64,000 nt of DNA from Callorhinchus milii (lineage: Eukaryota), in NCBI RefSeq assembly GCF_018977255.1, contig NW_024704742.1:112346001-112410000 (forward strand). Reading direction: 5' to 3'. The notes under the pieces are model-generated. The model had not been told where the DNA came from. It saw only the letters and a program-made list of their open reading frames with translations, and did no database searches. The translations under genes were made by a program, and so were the position numbers. Numbering within the stretch: the first letter of the stretch is position 1; each line of letters starts with the position of its first letter. Shown here piece by piece: positions 52,201 to 64,000 of this stretch.

Positions 52201-53356
52201 CAGTATTCCAGGTGTGGTCTCACCAGGGCCCTATACAGTTGCAGCAAGACTTCCCTACTCTTATACTCTAATCCTTTCATAATGAATGCTAACATACCGT
52301 TCGCCTTCTTAATTGCTGCTGCCCTGCAGACTAACTTTCTGTGATTGGTGTACAAGGACACCCAAGTCCCTCTGGACGCTAACACATTCCAATCTCTCCC
52401 CTTCTAAAAAATAACCCGTTCTACTGTTTTTGCTACCTAGGTGGATGACTTCGCACTTCCCTACATTATACTTCATCTGCCACCTTACCTGCCCAATCAC
52501 CTAACCTAGCTATGTCTCACTGCATTTTTTTAATGTCGTCCTCTGTGTTGACACTTCCTCCTAGTTTTGTGTCATCCAGAATTCAATCATATTGTGATTA
52601 ATGCCAACAATATCCCTAGCACCAATTCTTTGCTAATGTAAATTTCCCTAAGTTGCTCCCTATCATTAGCCCCATCTCTAAAGCAGTACAACTAAGTTCA
52701 GAAAAAAAGCAAAGTTGTAATTTACAATATCTTTCTAAAAGCTTTTCACAGTAATTCATCAACTTATAAACTAAAATGCTACCCCAAACTTATCCCATCC
52801 TGAAGAACTACATCACAATACAGACAACTTACCTACTTCTGCTTTTCAAATGTTATTTAGGAGTATCAATACTAGTCATTAGTCTTTTGTTGTACAATGG
52901 GTTAATGACACCCAGAGCAACATCATAAAGTGTCAAGCAACCATCAGTACTTCCTTTATTCTTGGATAATTGTGGCAAGCTAGACTATTATTAGCACATT
53001 TTAGGATTAAAATCTGCAACTTTTCCTTTTTTCTTTTCCATGAACTGTAATAATTCTGTGGTCTAAATACATCATTGCCAGGATGAGAAACTTGGTCAAG
53101 CTCTGAACACTAGCTTTAATTATGCAATAGTATACAAAGGCTCACTACCATTGAATTTGGTCACACTAGCAACTTCTCCAGCACCCTTCACGTGGGGTAG
53201 CTTACTGCATTCTGCAACTTCATCCATCCAGTCAAATACACAAATTTGATTTTAAGAAAATTCACCGGTTTTATAACGAATAGAAATTCACAGATAGTCA
53301 GATTACTGACCTTTTGAAGTGTGACGATGTGCAAGCTTGTACAAAGCATGACTCAC

Positions 53357-53424
53357 CTGAAATAATATTGAACAACCGTGGATTGAGAATGGCTGGACAG
53401 ATCAACCGCAAGAAAACAAATCCA
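53357..53424 (-). CDS. RASA1: RASA1 FLR exon, copy 2
   Basis: Matches 38830-38897. Confidence 0.85.
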
Positions 53425-54008
53425 CTGGAGGAGGGGGGGGGGAAAAAAAACACATGCATCTATCATGTACGCTATTCATAAAAATTCCTCAATCCCCTCA
53501 ATATATGTAGCACTAACTGAAATGTAATTTTCCAAAGTTCAATAATATAATAATATTGCACACTCAATTTTTGACAAAAGTGAAGAAAACCCTCTTAAGG
53601 TAGGCACTCTTTCTTCAAACTTGAGCATCTCCAACATAGTAAGCAGGAAGAATTCCAATTAATTCTGCCCTTCCTGCACATATGTAAAGGATGCCGCTCC
53701 TAGGCATAATGTATTAATTGAAGTGATATTTATATTTATTGTAATGCATGAAATAGTTATGGAAATGGTCACTATTTAAGACTCATCTTTTTGATCTTGT
53801 TTTCAATCATCTCTTCCCCCAGTCAGTGGAGTTGACCATTTTTCTTTTAGCAAGTGAAATACCCTGAGCCTAGGGTGGCCAGCTGAGTGCAGTGAAAAGA
53901 TAAGCACAGTAAAAAGATCCATCATGCCTCACGGGATTTTATGGATCTGAACGGGTTATAATGGGGATCTACTATATAGAATGAAAATGGATTCACAAAA
54001 TATTTTAC

Positions 54009-54095
54009 CTCACCACTCTAGTCCTCATAGTAGGATTTTTCGGCCACTTCTGCTGAACAGATTTTTGTAAGCACCCATAAATATACCGCAAAGCC
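54009..54095 (-). CDS. RASA1: RASA1 ALRYIYGC exon, copy 2
   Basis: Matches 39483-39569. Confidence 0.85.
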
Positions 54096-54957
54096 CTGTT
54101 AAAAATACAATTAGCATTAGAATAATTCACAGGAACATTAATAGTCCAAAAAGGTATCAAGTCTTCTTAATAATCTAAAAGAGTTTGAGACGGTGTATCT
54201 CCTTGAAATTACACACTTCACACTGAAATTATACAAAATGTCCTAATGCATATACTCTGTAGATTATTAGCCAAAGATATCAGTCGATGGAGCAATGCAC
54301 TTCCTTCTTTCCTTGCTGAGTAGATCAGCTAGAGCTGATCTTCTACACTGGATGTTGTTTCAGTGAAGATAAATATCAAGTGTGTCAATCAGCACAGATG
54401 AAGACTTAATAGAAAGTTATTCACTTTAACCACATATGGGTAACGACCAAAAGAATGCTCCCCAGTTAAGCATGCTTTATTTATTTAGTCTCCTGTGGAT
54501 GATTACGAGCCACCTTTCCACTATTCTGGGTCATTAGGTTGCATTGCCTTTGCTTCCTACACATTGCTAAGGGCAGGAAACTTTGCTGATGTCACTGTCT
54601 GTACACTGCATATGCAGAAAATATCCTCGACATCACTTCAGAAAGAAAATGGTGTAAGCAGCGCTTCTTACACATAACATACAGGAAATGGCCTCAGTAA
54701 TGCATTGTTTGCAATATTCAGGAAATGGGTCAACAGTGATCTGATGACCTGGTAATGTGACTGAATGTCAACGCTTTTTGCAGAACCTTTAGAACATGGT
54801 TTCTAATTGTTTGGAATTATAACAGGGTTAAACTGTATTTTAGTTGACAGGAACATTTTACAGAGTTGAAATGCTTCTGTCAACCTCACTCTTACCCTGC
54901 ACATTTAGAAGGTTAATTTATGCTCAACACAAGATGTATATTACTTTCATAACTTAC

Positions 54958-55073
54958 TGAGGAAGTTCTTCTGCAGCCATAAAAATCTTCTCCACCAATT
55001 CTGACAGGAGAGCCAGTAGGTGTAACAGATTAGCGTTCACATCTTCATTTTTCTCAAGTTTGGAAGGATTTAA
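54958..55073 (-). CDS. RASA1: RASA1 LNPSKLEK exon, copy 2
   Basis: Matches 40432-40547. Confidence 0.85.
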
Positions 55074-55710
55074 CTGTAAATCAATCAGAGGTTCAATTGC
55101 ATTCCTCTAATCTCCCTTAGCTTAGCATACATTTAGATGTATATTAAAAGGATCTCCAAACGCAACCTTTTCATAATGCAAAGTACGAAATTATAGAAAA
55201 TCATACCAAAATATTCTAACCATCAGAAAATATAGTTTGCTTTAATTTGATTAAACTCACTTCAGGAACAGTTCAGAGGAATTAATGCATGGTTATGAAT
55301 TGATAGGAATGTTTTGCATTATACCGAATGTTTCACACCGGTTTATCTTCCTCCTTTACATGCATCTTTCTTCAACCTTCAGTTACATTCACGGTGGAAC
55401 ACCATCTCTAATCCATTACCTTTACTAGTTAAAATTAGGTTTTGCACAAACAGTGTGTAATGCATTATCAAAATCAAATGGAGACAGTTCTTTCATTTGG
55501 GATCTGTAATAATTTAGATTAAATCCAAGATAAATTCAGCTGTAATGTTTCTTCAATTTATCATTTATTAAATGATGGGAGAAGCCTAAAGCATTCTGAA
55601 ATGCAGAGAGAAATCTGTATAATCAATTCCAAATGATTTTCACTAAATGTTTAAATTCACTTGACCCTAGACAACTCTAAATCTTTATCATAGTGGAGCT
55701 TATACTTTAC

Positions 55711-55853
55711 CTCACACGACTGCTTGCTCTCCATTATCTTTAAGATGGTGTCTGTCAGAGCATGATGAATAAATGGTGTTGCAGTAGATTTCATGTACTG
55801 CTCCATAAGTGTGCTCGTCAAGGTTGTGGCTCGGAAGAGGGTGGTGGATTCAT
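55711..55853 (-). CDS. RASA1: RASA1 arginine-finger exon, copy 2
   Basis: Matches 41185-41327. Confidence 0.87.
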
Positions 55854-56991
55854 CTGAAGAGGTCATAAACAACTTGCAATAAAGTAACTGTAAAGTAACT
55901 CATAAAGTAACTGCTACATAGATAACTTCTTAGAGCATTTCCAAAGGATGGGATTGTGAGGGAGTAAGCTACCCACCACCTGATTCAGTGTATAGAGCAA
56001 GCCATCCTCATGAAATCCACCATTATTTAAAACAGATGAATGCAGCAAAAGAAGCATTTACTTTCAGTTTACCAAAAATCACAAGGTATATATAGCCTCT
56101 CTATAATCCTTGCATATTCTTCAGTAATAGTAGGCAAAAACAACAATAAATTGCATGTATATAGTGCCTTTCATGTCGGGAAAACGTTTTAAGTTGCTAG
56201 ACAGTGAAGGGTTTGAAGCTCAAGTTTTCCATAATTATTCTATCATTATCTAATAATGCATTCACTTGCAACACAGGTTCACTAATGTTGATTAACTCAG
56301 GAGCTAGAGGACTGGAACCACTGCACCATAAAGGATATATTCCTACAGATGTATATTTTGATGCAAAATACTTGCATGTTTAGGAACTTAATTATTTGTC
56401 TTTTACAGCCCCAAATTTGGCAACTTATTGAAAAAGCATGCCACAACGCTCTTTCACAGGCTTCCCTGTGCAGTACATACTATGTAACAGAGCTCAAAAA
56501 TAATAAAATTATGTTTTGAATGATGTAATACTTTAAAATTTTATTTTCTTAACACAATTTCTTGGCTTGCAAAAAATGTGGCCTATAATAATAATCCTTG
56601 CATTTGATATAGCACTTTCCACGTCTTCTGGATATCAGCGTTTCATAGAATACTGTAAAGTGAATTGACTGCATATTTGTGGGCAAAATGCAGCAGCCAA
56701 TTGCGCACAGCAGTGTCCCACAAACAGTCGTGGATTGAAGTGACCAATTTATTATTTTTTTTCTTGAGGGATTATTATTAGGTGTGTGGAGTAAGGAAAC
56801 TTGCCTAAGGTTTCGCTCTGCCGGGAATCGAACCCAGGTCTCTTGCTTGAGAGGCGAGTGCTCTAACCACTGAGCTATAGGACTCCACATTCTATGCATT
56901 CAAAGTCTCTTAAAAAGCTTTCAAGTTTCCAATTAGCTCAAATGAGTTCCTAATCTTATTAACGAGTGAGTGTTTGGTACAACAAACCCAC

Positions 56992-57151
56992 CTTCCATGT
57001 TAATTTCCTTGTCATTTAGTGTTCGTAGTAACAGTGACTCAAGATTCTCATGACGAAAAATTCTCAGTAAAATTCTGGCCAGTAATGTGCGATCCTGGCC
57101 ACATACTTGGGATAATGCAAGTATCGCATGAAACTCTTTTTGAAGGATAAG
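56992..57151 (-). CDS. RASA1: RASA1 LILQKE exon, copy 2
   Basis: Matches 42466-42625. Confidence 0.87.
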
Positions 57152-58696
57152 CTGAAAGAAATGTATTAATCAAGCAGTTAAAAATTCTATTACAAAACAG
57201 TTTACTTTATAGACAATATCCCTATTTCAACAGGAATATATTCTGTAGATTATGTTCTGGTCCAATAATTTGCTGATTATATTCAGTGAAATCAACCAGA
57301 CTCCAAGATCAGTGTGCCCAACATCCCAGTTCAGCAATTCTTCCTTCCTGTAACACGTCACATTAAATTCTCCTTACGTTTAACCTCAACAACCTTAGTC
57401 TCCTACTTGGCTGTTTAAACTAATGCAAACTTCAGGAATAGTATTGTGTTTTCTTAGGAACTCTCAAGCCTTTGGGCTTCAACAATCAATAAGGATCTTT
57501 GCCATCCCAGCCTTCTGATTGAAAACAATTCAATTTGTTCATGTCCAATTTAGCTCCCTTGATGTTATTTTTCAAAACTTATTTTTGTCCATTATATTGG
57601 GGCTTCTCCTAGTGCATACTTCTTTGTTCAAAAACATTTGAAAGAGAAAGATCACAAGTCAGTTCACTGTCCCAGAGCTGAAGTATACAAAATGGAGTGG
57701 TGAAAGTTCAGCAATTCCCTAAAGATGAGTAATTTATTTCAACAGCATGTAAAAGATAAAATAATTTAGAAGCAGGAAAAGTATATTAAGCCTAAACAAA
57801 CCCATTTTATTTCAACTCCACCCACCTATTTCTTACCATATTGCTTTTTCTGGATCCAGATTTACATTTTGATGGTTTTATTTTGGTAGTTTATTCCACA
57901 AGATAATAATAATAATAATAATCCTTGGATTTGATATAGCGCTTCTCACGTCGGGAGGACGTCCCAAAGTGCTTCACAGAACACGCTGTAAAGTGAATTA
58001 ACTGTATATTTGTGGGCGAACGCGGCAGCCAATTGCGCACAACAATGTCCCACAAACAGTCGTAGATTGAAAATGACCAATTTATTATTGTTTTTGGTTT
58101 TTGGAGGGATTATTATTATTAGGCGTGTGGAGTAAGGAAACTTGCCCAAGGTTTCGCCCTGCCTGGAAATGAGCTCAGGTCTCTCACTTGCAAAGCGAGT
58201 GCTCTAACCACTGAGCTACAGGACTCCACCGGACTCTTGGTTCCTTGGTATCCTACCGTTCTTAATCCTACTTTTCTCAATATCTAACATGTGTCCCTGG
58301 TTCTCTTAGAACCATTTGCGATTTGCTTGCACCAGCTTTATTAATTCACTGAATAATATTTACCCAGAGTAAAATAAAATCTGTTTTCGACCTAATCTGT
58401 TTTCCACGTATCTGTTTTGGACCCAGCTCATTTTCTTGAACCTCATTGTAGTGCGATTTCCCATGTCTCAGTAATCAAATTCTAAGTGTACCGCGAAAAA
58501 CTTATAGGTTGTCAGATCACAGATGTAAACTACTGCACATGTCTGCTATGTGCAGAAAGCAGCTGTGACACCAGCAGTTGTATGCAGTTTAGTCAACTTT
58601 TTCCATCCTTAAATGTTGAGATTTTTACCTACAGGTTAGAACATTTAACATGACGTGTCTTTGACTGGAAAAATAGTGCTGTGAACAAAGCAATAC

Positions 58697-58869
58697 CTCT
58701 TTGAACTCACTGTACTCGTCTTCCGACATGATTTTTTCCAATGAGTATCGTGCCCTGACACGCACAGAACCAGGCTCAATTCCTTTCAGAGGAATATGTG
58801 AACTGAGAGGGAACCATTCATCAATCAGCTGTCCCTTCTGTAACCGACTCAACTGACAACGCATGAACA
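58697..58869 (-). CDS. RASA1: RASA1 FMRCQL exon, copy 2
   Basis: Matches 44167-44339. Confidence 0.88.
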
Positions 58870-59599
58870 CTGAAAAAAGGAAGGTGAATTCACCCTGTTC
58901 AGGTTTTTAATTTTCACTAAACAAAAACAATAAAGTAAACAATTCCTTGCATGATATAGCCCCTATCATCAGAAGGGGCATTTCCCATCTCTTTTTGAAC
59001 AGCACCATGGGATCTGTAACATTCACCCAAACAAACTGATGTAACCTTGGTTTAACTTCTCATCCGTAGGATGGCACCTCCATCAATGCAGCACACCTCG
59101 GCACTGCATTGGAGTGTCAGTATAGACTATAAGTTCCAAGTCCCAAAGTGGAATTAAACCCACAAAATTCTGACTTAGAGGAGAGTGTTATCAACCGAGT
59201 CAGACTGATCCACCAATATATCAATCGTTAAAAAAGTTCTGATGGACTATCACAACCAAATAAGTTTAACTTTGCGTTTTCGATACTAATTGAACAGTGC
59301 TGTTTTAAATTTCATGATGTAACTTCAGTTATTTATATCTAGTTATGCATCCTAATGTTGCAAGGTGGATGTTCAAAAAAACAGAAACAGAAATGAAGAA
59401 TGCTATACTTTGATGTGATCCTCCTAATAAGCATTTCAGTTATAACAGTACCTCAAATTTAAGGCTGCTAGACATTGGAATTGTAGTTTTACATTTGAGA
59501 GTATCATTACAGCATAAAAGAAAACAAAAATTTTTATCAAGCAAAAACAGCAAATTAAGTGAAATGCAAAATCTCTTCCCAACAATCAGATGTACTTAC

Positions 59600-59676
59600 A
59601 GATATCGGGATCTTTGCTTTTCTTTGTTCTGTTACTGAGACTTATCTCAAATCTGTTTATATCTGATGAGAGATCA
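59600..59676 (-). CDS. RASA1: RASA1 DINRFEI exon, copy 2
   Basis: Matches 45070-45146; continues in frame from the single-copy upstream exons. Confidence 0.9.
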
Positions 59677-60349
59677 CTAGGGAAATGAAGGCATGAATTA
59701 TATAAAGGACACTGCATTTGTGACATACTATAATAAATGGTCACTAAGAAAAAACAGAAATGCTTACACCATTTGTAAAATCTATTGCTGGCCCATTTAT
59801 TCTGAAACTCATCTACCAATAGCATCCTCAATTTTGGCAGCATTGTTGCCTCTGAAGGCAGAGTGACCCACCTCAAAAGATAATATCCTTAGAACCAATC
59901 CTATACCACAAAGTTGTAAAATGGGTGTAGATATAGAAATCACCCATTGGCTTCTATGAAGATGGTTTAGCAACATCTTGAGAATAATCAATTGGGTCAA
60001 ATGAATATATTGTATAATGCAGAAACAAGAGAAACAAAATTATGCCAAACACTGCAACACAACTAAAGGCAGAAAAACTAAAATAACAGTACACTGTACT
60101 GTAGAGAATTCTGTACTAACATCATCTACTCCTAAAAGGGTAACTGCATACTTTTAGTTCCCTATTTCACAGCTTTAACAAGCACTGTTTTTCAGGAATA
60201 CTCAAAAGGCAACTGAAATCATACATTTTCTTTTAAGCTCTCAACTCAAAACTGTAAGAATAGTATCTTATAATTTTCCAGTAAACACTCAATTTAGTTT
60301 TTATAGTTAAAAATTCTCAAAGGATATGTTTTCTCACTCTTTAAATTAA

Positions 60350-61936
60350 TTCGAAAGGTTGATGGTGCTCAAGGTAGATAGGTCAACTGGTCTGGATAGA
60401 ATGCATCGTAGGTTACTGAGGGAATTAAGGGTGGAATAGCGGAGGCTCTGGCCACAATTTTTCAATCCTCCTTAGACACCAGGGTGGTGCCAGAGGACTG
60501 GAGGGTAATAAAATGTTACTCCCCTGTACAAAAAGGAGCAGAAGGATAAACCTGGAAACTACAGGCCTAACATCAGTAGTGGGGAAACTTCTAGCGACTA
60601 TAATCCAGGACAAAATAAATGTTCACTTAGAAAAATATGGGTTAATAAAGGATAGCCAACGCAGAATTGTTAAAGGCAAATCGTATCTAACAAACCTGAT
60701 AAGAGTTTTTGATGAATAACCGGAGAGGGTGGATGAAGGTAGTGCAATTGATGTAGTTTATATAGATTTTCAAAAGGCGTTTGATAAAGTGTCACATAAG
60801 AGATTTCAAAGTAAAATAGAAGCCCACGGTATTAAAGGGACAGTGGCAGCATGGATACAGAACTGGCTGGGAAACAGAAAGCAGATAGTGGTGAATGGTT
60901 GTTTTTCTGACTGGAGGGAAGTGTGCAGTGGTGTCCCCAGGGGTCGGTATTGGGAACACTGCTATTTTTGATCTATATAAACCACCTGGACTTCGGTACA
61001 GGGAGTACAATTTCCAAGTTTGCAGATGATACTAAGTTAGGAAAAGTAGTAAACAGTGAGCAGGATAGTAGCAAACTGCAAGAGGACATGGACAGACTGG
61101 TAACATGGGCAGACACGCGGCAGATGAAGTTTAATGTGGAGAAATGCGAAGTGATGCATTTTGGGAGGAAGAATCAGGAGAGGCAATATAAGCTGATGGT
61201 ACAATCTTAAAGGGGGTGAAGGGACAGAGAGACCTGGGGGTTCATACAAGTAACTCTCTGAGGCTGGCAGGACAGGCAGATAAAGCTGTTAAAAAAAAAC
61301 AGGGGATACTAAGCTTTATAAATAGGAGCATAGAATACAAAAGTCACGAAGTTATGATGAACCTTTATAAAACACTGGTTAGGCCTCAGGTAGAGAGAGT
61401 ACTGTGTTCAGTTCTGGGCATTACATTTTAGGAAAGATGTCAAGGCATTAGAGAGGGTGAAAGGAGATTTAACAGGATGGTACCAGGAATGAGGGACTTC
61501 AGTTATCAGGACAGGCTAGAGAGGCTAGGATTATTCCCCTTAGAGAAGAGTAAGAGGTGATTTAATAGAAGTTATAAAAATTATGAGGGGATTCGATGGG
61601 GTGAACAAGGAGAAATTATTTCAACTGGCGGTGGGTTGGTAACATGAAGACACTAATTTAAAATAGTTATTTAAAGAAACAGAGGGGAGGTGAGGAGAAA
61701 TTTTTTCACACAGCGAGTTTTTCGGATCTGGAATGCATTGCCTGAAAGGGTGGTGGAAGCCGATTCGATAACAACTTATAAGAGAGAAGTAGATAATTAT
61801 TTGGGGAAGACAAGTTTGCAGGGCTATGGGGAGAAAGCGGGGGAGTGGGATTGATTTGGATAGCTCTTTTCAAAGAGGCGGGACCGACGCGATGGGCTGA
61901 ATGGCTGCCTCCTGTGCTGTATAATTCTATGATTCT
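60350..61936 (+). mobile_element. CR1-clade LINE 3' fragment
   Basis: DFQKAFDKV.H, PQGSVLG, FADDTKL, YKTLVRP; tail cctgtgctgtataattctatgattct. Confidence 0.9.
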
Positions 61937-62364
61937 AATTTATGCTTGAATTGAAAAAAAATGCAGTTTAAACCAATATTCAGATGTACAATATTAGTAA
62001 AAGCAAACTGAATGTTCTTCCAAAACAAAGCAACTCATCATACCAATATATATGAATACTGGCAAAGGAAAATAGGCACTCAGCTGTTCTGCTAACAGCA
62101 TTGGAAAGTTAATTTATATATGGTGATAAATGAGCACAATTTCAAAATCACACACTTGAAATTTTAACATTATGCAATTGACCCAAATGTCTTAAATTTG
62201 AATTACCGCATATTGCTCTGAAACATTTTATCAAATTATCAAATAGTTCCATAACAACTATACAATTTTTAATATTTTAATCTAGTATTTTAATTCCAAA
62301 GCCTTCAAAATCGACTACCAGTTGTTAATTTAATCACTGAAAATATTTTGAAACAAAGACTCAC

Positions 62365-62522
62365 TCAAAAATGAATTCTTCTGTCCATACAGGATTTTGC
62401 CCCTCTCTAGCATGAGTCTTTGCTACCTGAACGCTGTTCAGATAGATATTACAGTATGGGTGTGTGAAATATTTAACTGGGAGTTTGTGGGCTTCTTCCA
62501 CATACAAAACCAGACTACTGAC
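62365..62522 (-). CDS. RASA1: RASA1 exon, start of C2 domain (VSSLVLYVEEAHKLPVKYFTHPYC...NPVWTEEFIF)
   Basis: 158 nt; C2 NPVW.EEF motif; CAG/GTGAGT. Confidence 0.95.
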
Positions 62523-63837
62523 CTGAAAATGAGAAAAAAGTTACTTTTATAGTACATTTTACATACAATAATACTTGCATTTGATATAGGGCCTTATCAA
62601 GTCTTCGAGACATCTCAAAGCCCTTCACAGATTATACTATAAGTGAATTAGCCGTATAGTTTGGGAGCGAAGGGATTACTCAAAAAGGAACTGCAATTAT
62701 ACATTTCCTTTGAAGTTCTCAATTCAAAACTATAAATTTAGTATTTTATACTTTTCCAGTGAATAGCCTGAATTTAGTTTGCAATGTCTCAATATTACAA
62801 TGCGGCATGAATTGCAGTTAGTTTGCATTATAACTTTTGATGCAATATAATATTGTGCTGTTCCTTAAGTTTGCATAATAATTTTCAGTCATTGAGCGAT
62901 CGCTACCAATCCAAATTTATTATAAACATCTGAAAATTTTAAACAGGATCACCATTCATCAATTAATTCACAAATTCATTAATATTTTGTCTAAAATAGA
63001 TAAAAGTGATACCGCAAACTATTGGTGGTAATCATGAAGCATTTGATAATCAATCTTTAGGACAAGCAAATCGTTTGCTACTTGAGTTTGAAACATCACC
63101 AAAACAAAGTTTAAATTAAAAAATAAAAATTCTCTCTGAGTCTAAATGAATGCTATAACATATGAATGTTATACATAATTAAAATTAGCTAGATATTTAG
63201 ATAGGTAGATGTTAGATAGTTATTAAAATACACGACTACCACTGCCAAGCCAAAGAAAGAATTTAACAAGGATATTGTAGCTGATGAGGTCCTTCACTGA
63301 AAAGCAGATTTAACAAGGCTTGAAATATTCTGCTTAATCCCTTTTATTGTATAAAAGCAAACTAACTGTATATAACACAAAAAGTAAACACAGGCTTCAG
63401 GAAACAAATTTTTGATGACATTTTAAACCTGAAAAACTGAAAATTCTTGCATTTGATGTAGTACCTTATCATGTCATCTATACGTCTCAAAGCCCTTCAC
63501 TTTCTAGTTTCAAATAGCTCCATGGAATCGTTAACATCCATCTCAACTGGTAATCAGGGCCTCAGTTTAATGTCTCATCTGAACAATGACACTTGTGGCA
63601 AGGCAGTGCTCCTCTTCTGACTTTGAGGTGCAACCAGTACAAACAGAGCCAAGTGACTCCTAAAAATAACTAAATGAATCAATTGTAATACAGGGAATCC
63701 TGTATCACCATGAAACACTTTTGAAGCATTTCAAACAGGTGAAGACGCTATTCAAATGCAAGTTCTAACCAAATGCAATGTCAATTAACTTTTTTTCTTT
63801 TTCACAGAAAAAAAATGCAACTTAAGACATTTTCTAC

Positions 63838-63918
63838 CTGTCGAAGACGTTTGTTAGAGGCAGGTGCAACAGGTTTCTTTAAGTTACTGCAAAGTGCCTG
63901 TAGACACTTCATCCAGTC
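63838..63918 (-). CDS. RASA1: RASA1 exon, end of PH domain and linker (DWMKCLQALCSNLKKPVAPASNKRLRQ)
   Basis: 81 nt; TAG/GT; DWMK..SNKRLRQ as in p120GAP; gene continues beyond the window. Confidence 0.92.
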
Positions 63919-64000
63919 CTACAAAAACAAAAAAAACTTAAATGCAAGAAATTTCTAGAGACCAAGAATATTTGGGTCACATTGATTTAGGATATTCTCA

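Larger units (their letters stand above)
45709..60145 (+). repeat. Second copy of 31123-45607 (~14.5 kb near-identical direct repeat; probable assembly artefact)
   Basis: Starts catgaagcaatgaacc (=31123) and ends gggtaact (=45607); ORF track duplicated at offsets of ~14.53-14.57 kb. Confidence 0.97.

Noticed and set aside
45709..60145. A second functional RASA1 paralogue
   Set aside because: Near-identical introns and transposons, adjacent to a gap, with homopolymer-type errors facing the gap; best explained as an assembly artefact

Overview
Vertebrate genomic DNA, most likely a cartilaginous fish (inferred from its repeats: L2 and CR1 LINEs plus tRNA-derived SINEs with a Deu-like core). It holds the conserved tail-to-tail gene pair CCNH and RASA1. 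CCNH (cyclin H, + strand) has 9 coding exons at 16909-29997, giving 975 nt or 324 aa. RASA1 (p120 RasGAP, - strand) is present as its 3' part: PH end, C2 and GAP domains. About 14.5 kb containing the last 11 RASA1 exons occurs twice (31123-45607 and 45709-60145) on either side of a 30-N gap. The error pattern points to an unmerged contig overlap rather than a real duplication. A CpG-island promoter at about 9530-9900 lies 7 kb upstream of the CCNH ATG exon, implying a non-coding first exon, and an out-of-frame uORF overlaps the start. A palindromic two-way poly(A) signal lies between the convergent genes. Elements not explained by the ORF track include a hAT-like transposon with 20-bp TIRs and an 8-bp TSD around a CA/GA microsatellite, a Tx1-like retrotransposon 3' end with a 17-bp TSD, and small MITEs. 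I found no convincing wholly new biological system.
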